From assembly GCA_964429275.1 (NCBI GenBank), contig CAYSBJ010000001.1, positions 181,776 to 201,775 on the forward strand: a DNA stretch of 20,000 nucleotides, in the 5' to 3' direction. The notes below the pieces were generated by a model. The model was not told where the DNA came from and ran no database searches. It was given only the letters and a program-made list of their open reading frames with translations. The position numbers were made by a program, and so were the translations under genes. Below, piece after piece: positions 8,747-16,691 of the stretch. Source of the stretch: an uncultured Pseudomonadota bacterium. GTDB lineage: Bacteria > Babelota > Babeliae > Babelales > JAUPTZ01. Numbering within the stretch: the first letter of the stretch is position 1; each line of letters begins with the position of its first letter.

Positions 8747-9360
8747 AGCCATTAGTTATTTTTTTGAACGGGACCTCGAGTTCAGGTAAATCTTCAATAG
8801 CGGCTGCACTCCAGGGGTTGTATCAGACGCCATTGCTTCATACGGGTATCGATTCTTTATATGATATGTTGCCAAAACAGGCTGTGGGCACTGGGGCTAT
8901 GGCTCGTTATGGCTATTACTACGTTATGCGTAATGGATTGTTGGATCGTATAGAAGTTGGTGAGTCTGCTCAGAAATTACTGAAATGTGTTGTGCCGTTA
9001 ACAAAGGTTCTGTTGGACCATGGGAATGATTTGGTCATTGATGAAATCCTTTTTTCTGGTGAGGGGCGAGTTTTTTTACATGAATATGCAGATATTTTTG
9101 CCTCTGCACGTGCCTATTTCATTAAAATTGAATGCCCTCTTGCGGTGCTTGAGGCTCGTGAAGCTCAGCGCCCAGATCGGCATCGTGGGGTTGCTAGAGA
9201 GCAATTTTTACGAGTGCATAATCATGGGTATCGCTATGATTTTACCGTAGATACGAGTCTTTTTGACGCTCAAGCTTGTGCGCAGCAAATTATGCAGTAT
9301 ATTCGACAAGAACCGGAGCCAGTTGCATTTGCTGATGTGCGGGCTGGACAAAGGAAGTAG
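8743..9360 (+). CDS. Chloramphenicol phosphotransferase (CPT)-family P-loop kinase
   Basis: VIFLNGTSSSGKSSIA, HTGIDSLY (catalytic Asp position), CPLAVLEAREAQRPDR, YDFTVDTS. ATGA overlap with the ABC gene. Confidence 0.88.
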   Translation: MKPLVIFLNGTSSSGKSSIAAALQGLYQTPLLHTGIDSLYDMLPKQAVGTGAMARYGYYYVMRNGLLDRIEVGESAQKLLKCVVPLTKVLLDHGNDLVIDEILFSGEGRVFLHEYADIFASARAYFIKIECPLAVLEAREAQRPDRHRGVAREQFLRVHNHGYRYDFTVDTSLFDAQACAQQIMQYIRQEPEPVAFADVRAGQRK

Positions 9361-9362
9361 CC

Positions 9363-10136
9363 ATGGACGATTTTTTGGTGAAATACTTTAATCGCGCTAT
9401 GCCACTCAGTGAAAAAGAAGTGATATCGCCGGTCTCATTGGCACATGTTGTTTGGGACGGGGGTGACCATGCAATGACTGCTTTAGCCCTCGCCACACAA
9501 TGTATCGAAAAAGTACTTGGCCCTGAGCCATCAATTGACGCAGAGCTTTTGCTTACTGTTATGACTGAGTTGACAGCTCAAGAGCTCGGTTGCCAGCATT
9601 TAGCGCATCGGTTGAGACTGCACCCGCGCAAAATATTACAGCTTCTTGGAGCGGCAGAGCTTGCGGGGATTTGGCATCACTTAAAGTGTTTTGGGCGGGA
9701 AGATATTCTGATCAATGATCGCAGTAAAGGGTATATGGCTGACGTTTCTCTTGCCTGCCAAATGTTTAAGATAGCAGATACTTCTTCAATCAGTCTCCAC
9801 CGCTCCTGGGGAGCGATTTTTGAAACATTTATTGTTGATCTTCTGATCAAAAAACTACCCTCGGACGCCAATATTTTCTACTGGCGAACCGTTGATGGAA
9901 GCGCGGAAGTTGATATTGTTTTGCAGCGAGGGAAGGTGCTGTATCCTATTGAGGTGAAAAGCGCGGTACATGTTTCGGAATCGAACGCCAGGAAGATTGA
10001 TATTTTTGGACGTTATTATGAAGCTGACTATGAGATAGCCCCTGGACTTGTTGTTTATGCTGGTGAACGATATTATGCGTTCAGTGGTGGGGTTATTGCA
10101 GTTCCCTGGGCGCTGTTGGCAGGAGTAGCGGATTAA
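9363..10136 (+). CDS. DUF4143-type protein (C-terminal PD-(D/E)XK-like domain of AAA_14 ATPases) lacking the ATPase domain
   Basis: KGYMADVSLA, WGAIFETFIV, IFYWRTVDGSAEVDIVLQRGKVLYPIEVKS, GLVVYAG...AVPW. No Walker A in the 257 aa. Confidence 0.8.
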   Translation: MDDFLVKYFNRAMPLSEKEVISPVSLAHVVWDGGDHAMTALALATQCIEKVLGPEPSIDAELLLTVMTELTAQELGCQHLAHRLRLHPRKILQLLGAAELAGIWHHLKCFGREDILINDRSKGYMADVSLACQMFKIADTSSISLHRSWGAIFETFIVDLLIKKLPSDANIFYWRTVDGSAEVDIVLQRGKVLYPIEVKSAVHVSESNARKIDIFGRYYEADYEIAPGLVVYAGERYYAFSGGVIAVPWALLAGVAD

Positions 10137-10184
10137 GCCGCGCCCGTTAGGGGTAGCGACGGATGATAGGGAAAAGAGGAGTCT

Positions 10185-10487
10185 ATGATAAGAATAATGG
10201 TAAAAGTTGTCCCTCAGTCCGGCAGGCAACAGGTTTTATGGGATCATAAACAACAAATACTTAAGTGCTATCTCAAAAGCGCGCCGGAAAAAAATAAGGC
10301 GAATGAAGAGGTCGTGGCAGTATTTTCCGAAAAGCTTGGCATTCCAAAGTCGCTTGTAACTATTATTAGTGGCGTGACTTCTCGTCGCAAGGTTCTTGCT
10401 ATTGCAAGCGCACTCACATTGCCTGACGTCTACCGGCTGCTGGGCGTGGGGGACGAGGCTGGTACACATCAACAAACAATAGGCTAA
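10185..10487 (+). CDS. DUF167 / UPF0235 (YggU-like) protein
   Basis: VKVVPQS...LKSAPEKNKANEEVVAVFSEKLGIPKSLVTIISGVTSRRKVLAI. GAGGAG RBS. Confidence 0.9.
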   Translation: MIRIMVKVVPQSGRQQVLWDHKQQILKCYLKSAPEKNKANEEVVAVFSEKLGIPKSLVTIISGVTSRRKVLAIASALTLPDVYRLLGVGDEAGTHQQTIG

Positions 10488-10512
10488 TGTGTCAGCACGC
10501 GCAAGCGTGAGC

Positions 10513-11748
10513 ATGATGCAGAAGCAATTATTTCTTTATTACTGGATTTGTTTCGATAAGCGGCGGATAGTTCGGCGTGGCCGGGTCTGGTCAACTGATA
10601 TCGATGCATTGGTCTCCCGTTTTGCGCGGGGTGGTTTTCTGCCAATAACGATACGGTATTCTTATTGGATGCACTTTTATCCGGCGTGGTGGTGGCGACA
10701 ATGGGTCTTGTTGCAATCGCGAGAGCGATTGAGCTTGGCGCAGGTCGCCTTTTTCTGTCGCAATGTACAGGCACTTATGAGCGGTGGGCTTTCGTTTTTT
10801 GCGGCATTACAGGTGTGCGCGGCAACGGCTACTGAGGTTCAGCTGCGATCTGCTGTTGATGATGCGGTGGCGTATATTAATCGTGGGATAGCCCCAGGTG
10901 ATGCCTTTGGTATGGTTGGTGGCCGGTGGCCAAGTGTTGTGCCGTTGGTGTTGTCGGCAGCACAGGGGACCGGGGCTTTCGGAGAAATCCTAATTCATTT
11001 GGCGGATGCGTTTGAGCGAGAGGTTGCCTATCGGCGTGACATTGCGCGTGCGGCTTTATTGCCGGCAGTTACGGGACTGGGAGCTTTTTGTGTCCTGGGA
11101 TGGGCGGCTTATCTGTGCGCTGACCACAGTGGAATGGTCGGCGGCTTGGGAAATGTGGTAGGTATTATCAACTGGCTCTCTGATTATGGAGGGTATGCGG
11201 TGCTTGGTTTGCTGGGGGCTGTATATGCCTGCTCGCAGCTGCTTGGGTTGCTGAAGGGGCCTAGAGCCCTCTGGGATCGCATAGTTTTGTACTTGCCGCT
11301 TGTAGGTCCATTGACGGCCCGCGCGCATGCAATTTTGTTTTTTACCATGTTGGCGCTCCTTTTGCGGGCACACATTCCGGTAGTGAAGGCGTTGCATGCA
11401 ATGCGGCCACTTTTTATTAATGCCTATTGGCGCCAGACTATAGATGGTTTGGTAGCCCATCTTATGCAGGGCAAATCGCTCCCTGTTGCAATGGAGGCTG
11501 CGCCGCGAGTGTGTATACCAGCGTTGTTTGTTGCTACGCTACCTTCTGCAACCGATGCTCAGCTGCTCGCTGCAGTCTGTCAGAATATGGCAGTGCTCCT
11601 TATTCGTGAGCGAAGCCATTTAATGGATCGCTATGTTGCGTTGCTGCAGCCGGCGCTTATGGCAATCGTTGGCGTAGCAATTGCCGGCTTTTTATACTTA
11701 ATGTATCAGGGCTTTTCGCAATCCTTAGGCGCGATCGGCTTGATCTAG
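10513..11748 (+). CDS. Type II secretion system F / PilC-family inner-membrane platform protein (divergent)
   Basis: Two T2SSF-like repeats: FFCRNVQALMSGGLSFFAAL...INRGIAPGDAF...AAQGTG and FFTMLALLLRAHIPVVKAL...LMQGKSLPVAM...ALLQPALMAIVG. Start may be GTG 10489 or ATG 10513/10516. Confidence 0.85.
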   Translation: MMQKQLFLYYWICFDKRRIVRRGRVWSTDIDALVSRFARGGFLPITIRYSYWMHFYPAWWWRQWVLLQSRERLSLAQVAFFCRNVQALMSGGLSFFAALQVCAATATEVQLRSAVDDAVAYINRGIAPGDAFGMVGGRWPSVVPLVLSAAQGTGAFGEILIHLADAFEREVAYRRDIARAALLPAVTGLGAFCVLGWAAYLCADHSGMVGGLGNVVGIINWLSDYGGYAVLGLLGAVYACSQLLGLLKGPRALWDRIVLYLPLVGPLTARAHAILFFTMLALLLRAHIPVVKALHAMRPLFINAYWRQTIDGLVAHLMQGKSLPVAMEAAPRVCIPALFVATLPSATDAQLLAAVCQNMAVLLIRERSHLMDRYVALLQPALMAIVGVAIAGFLYLMYQGFSQSLGAIGLI

Positions 11749-13584
11749 CTGCTCTTGCGGAATAAGCCCAGTGGTAGTTGTTTTTATGTCGCGGGCGCTG
11801 ATTTCGCGGGCGGTTTGGTATTCAGGAATCTCTAGTGTTACGTAAGAATTCCCTTGAACGTATCGATCATAGTGGAATCCTTGTTGATCTCGGCAGATGA
11901 GGAAGATTGGTTTTTGTGTAGGGTGCTTTGAGCGTGCACAGCTTGAATAGATAAATACAGATGATGAATTGGTATGGCCGCGTTGTGTAAGAAAAATAAC
12001 GTGACAGGGCAATATTTCCCCCAAAAATTCGCTGTCTCTAAAATTATCGAGTCTGTCATCTCCTTGTAATATTTCGTCGGGGGTCGCTTGGTGCTTTCGG
12101 GCATGCTGAAATAAGTGTTGCGCATTTGTTTTGCCATCATCCATAGTAAGTTCACCTGTTATGGCGCGCCAGCCACAGTAGCCATCTCCAGCTGCTGTGC
12201 GGTAGCCAGCGAAAGGGATCTTGAATAAGGCTTCGCGAAAACTGCCGGTCAGCTCATCGATTGATTTGTCATCTGTTGTGGAAATAAAATTTGCATCATT
12301 TTCGTCAAAAAAATCAGCAAAATGTGTAGGGTCGTAGCCTTTTCCTTCGAATAGTCCTCTTTCGATTTCAAAGCCTGTGCCTTTGTGTTCCTGTATTGTA
12401 GCAGCTAGCGGAGCACTGTTTCCTGCGGCAGCCAGTGGAGTCGGGGCTGGGGCGGGCGTAGCAAGTGCAGCTGATGCCGCCGGTTTTAGCCTATTTGCTT
12501 CGGCATTATTTTTTGTCTTAAAAAAGGCAAGCAGCTTGTCGTATTGTTCTTGAGTGAGCTCGTCATCAATATTTTTCCCGTTCATTGTTTCTCGTATGGT
12601 ATTTGGTCCTATGTATATTTTTGCTGTGCGTTCCAACCTTTCATTAAAGTCATTGATTTGTTCTTTAGTGATACCCGCGCTTTCAAGGCGTGCTCTGGCA
12701 TCGGTGATTAACTTGGAGGCTGGCGCATGTGGCGCTGCCAGCGCTGGGGCGGTTGTAGCAAGCGCATCTGATTTGAGACGTTTGCGTGCGGTATGAATTG
12801 GTTTAGGCGCGGGTTCTGGCTGTGGAGTTGGAGCAGGCTGCGCGATTGGCATTGCAGCTCTTTGCTCTAGCGGCGCTTCTGGGTTCGGAATCACCGGCGG
12901 TGTCGGGGTTTTTATTTTTCGTTCTATCGGGGCGTTTATAGGGCCTTGTGGTTCATCGACTGGTATTGCGATAGGCTGTTTTGGCTTGCTGTTTCTTCGT
13001 AGTGTTCGGGTAGGAGCAGGGGTGGTTACTGGTGGTTTGGCTACCGGGGAGTTGTTTGCGTGCGGAGCGACTTGTGGAAGGGCAGGCGTTGCTGGCTTAT
13101 TTGATACAGGAGGCGTCACCATTCTTGTTGGCGGCGTAGGGGCCCGTCCATTGCCTGCGGCCGCTGCTTTTCCGCTCCCTATGTCAGTGTTAACGATGTG
13201 AGATTGTATCTGAGGTTGCACTGGGCTAATAGGTTTTGCTGGCAGGTTGCGAGAAGTTTGGTAGCTTCCCCAGAGAAGTGCGATGAGACCAGCGAGGCCT
13301 TGCGCTGAGGCTATTTGTGTATCTTTGTCTTTGAGTAGGCGCTTTAAGAACCCGCGGTGCAGCGATTTACGCCCAAGAAGCGCGTCGCGCTTGTTTTTGT
13401 TCAAAAGAAGCTCCAGGAGAGCAATTGCGCCCAAACTAGCGCCTGTTGCGGCGACTTTGTTTTGGGATAAACGGTCTGTAAAAGAGATGTCGTTTTGGCT
13501 AGCTGCGTTTCCGGCTGTAATAAGTATTGGGCAAGATATGGCCACAGCAAGAAGGAGGAAAGTTTTTTGGGCGAATTGGTTCAT
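11725..13584 (-). CDS. Exported Pro-rich protein with putative C-terminal OTU-like cysteine protease (deubiquitinase-like) domain
   Basis: Signal-like N terminus, two short hydrophobic helices and a long Pro/Ala-rich linker. Cys box YRTAAGDGYCGWRAI and His box QGFHYD lie about 100 aa apart. Confidence 0.72.
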   Translation of the reverse strand: MNQFAQKTFLLLAVAISCPILITAGNAASQNDISFTDRLSQNKVAATGASLGAIALLELLLNKNKRDALLGRKSLHRGFLKRLLKDKDTQIASAQGLAGLIALLWGSYQTSRNLPAKPISPVQPQIQSHIVNTDIGSGKAAAAGNGRAPTPPTRMVTPPVSNKPATPALPQVAPHANNSPVAKPPVTTPAPTRTLRRNSKPKQPIAIPVDEPQGPINAPIERKIKTPTPPVIPNPEAPLEQRAAMPIAQPAPTPQPEPAPKPIHTARKRLKSDALATTAPALAAPHAPASKLITDARARLESAGITKEQINDFNERLERTAKIYIGPNTIRETMNGKNIDDELTQEQYDKLLAFFKTKNNAEANRLKPAASAALATPAPAPTPLAAAGNSAPLAATIQEHKGTGFEIERGLFEGKGYDPTHFADFFDENDANFISTTDDKSIDELTGSFREALFKIPFAGYRTAAGDGYCGWRAITGELTMDDGKTNAQHLFQHARKHQATPDEILQGDDRLDNFRDSEFLGEILPCHVIFLTQRGHTNSSSVFIYSSCARSKHPTQKPIFLICRDQQGFHYDRYVQGNSYVTLEIPEYQTAREISARDIKTTTTGLIPQEQLDQADRA

Positions 13585-14020
13585 AAAAGACCTCTTTTTT
13601 TTATGGAGATACTATATTCTACTTTTTTTCCTGGTGCCATGTCGATTTTTAGTTGATTTCAACAGGGAAAAGGGCAATAAAAGATATTCTTATTGTGTTA
13701 ACAAGAGGCAAGAAGAGTCTTTTTATAAGATTTTTATTTGTTTACTCATTACCATTGCATGTGACAGGTTGCATTCCGCTGAGGTGTCCAGAAAAGGGTC
13801 AAAAACACTCGGAAAGATTACAATGATGCTGGTTTTGTCGTCTAAAAATGATTTCTTTTGTGTACATAAAGAAATAAGCATGTTTTTGGTGCTTGTAATT
13901 CTGAAAATATACCATACAGTTTCTTTCAGTAAGCCTAACAAGAGATTACCAAAAAGTAGTCATAAGAAAAGGACTTTGGAGATTTTAAAGCGTATCGTAA
14001 ATCAAGGAAAAGGGACTCCT

Positions 14021-14140
14021 ATGAAAAAAATGATCGTAAGCATGGTAGCAATTGTGGCATTATGGACCGGTATGGCCTGGTGCACCTGGGATCGCGTGGC
14101 AACGTTGGAAACAGCGCCGATAGCTGTGCTTGCCCAGTAA
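14021..14140 (+). CDS. Small 39-aa peptide, mostly signal peptide (MKKMIVSMVAIVALWTGMAWC|TWDRVATLETAPIAVLAQ)
   Basis: Purine-rich RBS AAGGAAAAGGGA upstream of ATG AAA AAA, classic MKK + hydrophobic core + A-x-C, strong terminator 38 nt downstream. Confidence 0.62.
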   Translation: MKKMIVSMVAIVALWTGMAWCTWDRVATLETAPIAVLAQ

Positions 14141-14177
14141 GGCTACTGAGCATATAAAAGCCTATTGAGGGTAGTGG

Positions 14178-14220
14178 AAAGAGGATGAGGTTAAATTTAA
14201 TTTAACTTCATCCTCTTTTT
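14178..14220. terminator. Bidirectional rho-independent terminator
   Basis: AAAGAGGATGAGGTTAAAT-tta-ATTTAACTTCATCCTCTTT(TT): 19-bp stem with one G-U pair, between convergent genes. Confidence 0.85.
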
Positions 14221-14224
14221 CAAT

Positions 14225-15262
14225 TTACCTAACAAATTCTACTTTTAAGGTGCCGGATAAAAGTTCGGCAATGTTGCGATGATCCATCCCTTGAGCTTTC
14301 ATTTCGTGTCGGTCTATGTAAATTCTATAGAGGCTTGCGGTATTGAAGTAGGTGATGGGAATTGATTCAGCAGATATCCCAGATTTGAGTACTTTAACCA
14401 TTGTTTTTGCTGTCAGCAGAGCTATTTCTTCTTCTTCTACGCAAATAGCAGCGACGGCTCCCTCTGTTACAGATTTTGAGTCTGAAGTGATACAAGAAAC
14501 TCCTTCACTCCGACATTTTTTAACAATTTCTTGAAGGTTTCGAAGCATATTTCCATCTCTGAGAAGGAGGACGACATCGGTTTCTGGCGATATTTTTGTG
14601 CGAGTGAACTCGCGAATTTCAGCGGCGTTTGATGTAATAACGTTTTCTGTTCTAATATTTTTTTTACTTAAGCTGATTGCGAGTTCGGCTGTTCTCTCGG
14701 CAAGTAGCGGTGTATTACTGTGGAAAACAACGATTTTTTTTATATCTGGGCGCAAATGAATAAGCGCGTTGGTAAATACATCCAGAGCGCCGATTGTATT
14801 CTCAGCAACGCCAGTGCTATTACTGCCAGTGAAATACTTGCCCTTGCTAATTCCTAAAATTACAGGGTCTGGTATGCAGGTAAATATATGTGGGGTGGTG
14901 TTTTTGCGCTTATTTAGATACGTATGTACCCCTTGAGCTGCTGTAATACCGATTGATATTATCGCTTCGCTTTTCCATGCAATAGCCTCTTCAATTTGGC
15001 TCTTGAGGAGTGCGTTGTTCTGGTAGTGATAAAATTTTTTGACATTTAGCTCTAGGCCGCGTAAGGCGCAGTATTTTGTGGTCGTGTCTACGAGTGTTTC
15101 AAGCGCGGAAACTGCATCGCTCAGCATAAATGCGACTCGACGAGTTCGTAGGCTTGAGGGCTTTTTTGGTTGTAAATTCTCTTTAAAGCAAATGATAGCT
15201 AAAGAACAAAGCACAAGCAGAGTGGTTATTAAAGTGACGACTGAGGGTCTATAGCGCTTCAC
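14225..15262 (-). CDS. ABC_sub_bind-like (type I periplasmic-binding fold) protein with N-terminal membrane anchor
   Basis: AIISIGITAAQ, TPHIFTCIPDPVILG, NSTGVAE, PDIKKIVVFHS, SVTEGAVAA, IPIT...IYID. GTG start overlaps the upstream TAG by 1 nt. Confidence 0.82.
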   Translation of the reverse strand: MKRYRPSVVTLITTLLVLCSLAIICFKENLQPKKPSSLRTRRVAFMLSDAVSALETLVDTTTKYCALRGLELNVKKFYHYQNNALLKSQIEEAIAWKSEAIISIGITAAQGVHTYLNKRKNTTPHIFTCIPDPVILGISKGKYFTGSNSTGVAENTIGALDVFTNALIHLRPDIKKIVVFHSNTPLLAERTAELAISLSKKNIRTENVITSNAAEIREFTRTKISPETDVVLLLRDGNMLRNLQEIVKKCRSEGVSCITSDSKSVTEGAVAAICVEEEEIALLTAKTMVKVLKSGISAESIPITYFNTASLYRIYIDRHEMKAQGMDHRNIAELLSGTLKVEFVR

Positions 15263-16344
15263 TACTCTTCCTCCTGTGTTGGCCCATTGTTTTGACTGGT
15301 TTCTTTTTTATCATTTTCTTCGGTATAAACTATTTTGTTTTCTATAGTTTCGAGCTCTCCAGACGAGAAGGAGATCCCTTGTCTCTCTAAGGCTGATTCA
15401 TTGATGCCTAGGTAGTTGGTGATAGAGATTTCTGTTACGGGAAGTTCTTCTGGGCGTATGCTCTCTTTGAAGATTAGCACTAGATATTTAGCTGCTTCGA
15501 TCCCCTGTATATTTTCTTTTGGGCTAAGTCCAATGGCAGCTCCTTGTTTGACTGAAGCAAGGTCGGTGCTAAAAACCGTTACTCCAAAGGTGTTGCAAAG
15601 CGATATGACAGAGGAAATCTGGCTGAGTATCGTTTGATCACGGGGGGTAATTATGGTGTCAACATTATGGATGTATGGGCTTATTTGTCGCTCTAGGGGA
15701 TCAGACTTTTGTATTGGCAATATGTGGGCTTGAATATCATTGAGGAGGAAAGATTGAGACATTGCTAACACCCGTTGATAGCCTTGACCATGCGGATCAT
15801 AGGGAAGAAGGATGTTTTTTGCTGTTTTCTTGAGTAGTTGAAGGACTGCCACCGGTGCAGAATATTCATGTTCATCGACTGCTACGCCAGTAATATTTTG
15901 GCGCCCGTTAGAGCCGGCATACAGGATTCCGAGGTGCGATGGATGGGTGATGCTAGTAAAAATTATAGGAATGCGGATATTGAGAAGGAGTGCCATGCGT
16001 GAGGCTACCTGAGTGGCTTGCCCGCCGATGGTTACGACTGCGTCGTACGGTATTGTGTAGTTTCGGATGACGTGCGAGGCTTGATCCATAAGGCGCTTCT
16101 CGTCATTGTCGCTGGAGAACCATACGAAAGAAAACTGGCCTGGTGCAGTAGCATGCATGTGCTCGGTAAGGCCTTTGATTACCTCACGAATACCGGCAAT
16201 GCGCGACCTGGTGAGGATCGCAATGGTAAATCTCCGATTCCTGTGGCCACGGGGGCCGGTTATGATGGTCGGCGTTGTTTCGCTTGGTGTGTCACTGCGT
16301 TCTTCAATTTGAACACCGGCTAATAACTCGGTCAATTTGCTCAT
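15262..16344 (-). CDS. ABC_sub_bind-like protein with no signal peptide
   Basis: DAVVTIGGQATQ, IPIIFTSITHPSHLG, NITGVA, KNILLPYDP, SVKQGAAIG, ELPVT...LGINESALERQGI. ATG 16344 (MSKLTELL) is the likely start; the ORF extends to TTG 16437. Confidence 0.85.
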   Translation of the reverse strand: MSKLTELLAGVQIEERSDTPSETTPTIITGPRGHRNRRFTIAILTRSRIAGIREVIKGLTEHMHATAPGQFSFVWFSSDNDEKRLMDQASHVIRNYTIPYDAVVTIGGQATQVASRMALLLNIRIPIIFTSITHPSHLGILYAGSNGRQNITGVAVDEHEYSAPVAVLQLLKKTAKNILLPYDPHGQGYQRVLAMSQSFLLNDIQAHILPIQKSDPLERQISPYIHNVDTIITPRDQTILSQISSVISLCNTFGVTVFSTDLASVKQGAAIGLSPKENIQGIEAAKYLVLIFKESIRPEELPVTEISITNYLGINESALERQGISFSSGELETIENKIVYTEENDKKETSQNNGPTQEEE

Positions 16345-16534
16345 GCGAGACACTTTCTTTAAGGGCAAAGCAGGTTTTTTGCCTGCTACGGTAATCATCG
16401 TGACTGTAAATATTGACACAATATAATAGTTAGTCAAGTGCTTTTTACTCTATATTCTTACTTTACATATAGATAATAATAGTTGGTTTCGAGGGCGTTT
16501 TTACAAAAAAACCCCATTTTTCGCAAAAATCGGC

Positions 16535-16569
16535 GTGACATTGGAAAAACCTTGTGCTACAATCCGCGC
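16535..16569 (+). promoter_or_regulatory. Stable-RNA-type sigma70 promoter of tRNA-Leu
   Basis: GTGACA (16535-16540), 17 nt, TACAAT (16558-16563) with extended -10 TG, GC-rich discriminator CCGCGC, and A/T tracts upstream. Confidence 0.7.
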
Positions 16570-16604
16570 TCATCTTTTTTTCGCGACGTAATCGTGAAAA
16601 GTAA

Positions 16605-16691
16605 GCCGAAGTGGCGAAATTGGTAGACGCACGGGACTCAAAATCCCGCGGTAGTGATACTGTGTCGGTTCGAGTCCGACCTTCGGCACCA
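16605..16691 (+). tRNA. tRNA-Leu (anticodon CAA), 87 nt, encoded CCA
   Basis: Acceptor GCCGAAG/CTTCGGC + A-CCA, D arm GCGAAATTGGTAGACGC, anticodon arm CGGGA-CTCAAAA-TCCCG, long variable arm, T arm GTCGG-TTCGAGT-CCGAC. Confidence 0.98.

Noticed and set aside
8743..9360. Calling this a bona fide chloramphenicol resistance gene
   Set aside because: Family motifs are clear but substrate specificity cannot be inferred; many CPT-like proteins are uncharacterised.
12400..13200. Possible tandem repeat or CRISPR-like array in the Pro/Ala-rich segment
   Set aside because: Low complexity is at the amino-acid level only. No regular nucleotide repeat-spacer pattern was seen here or elsewhere in the window.
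13283..14140. 285-aa plus-strand ORF
   Set aside because: The 5' part is antisense to the 619-aa gene and the middle is low-complexity AT-rich intergenic translation. Only the last 39 codons have an RBS and protein-like features.
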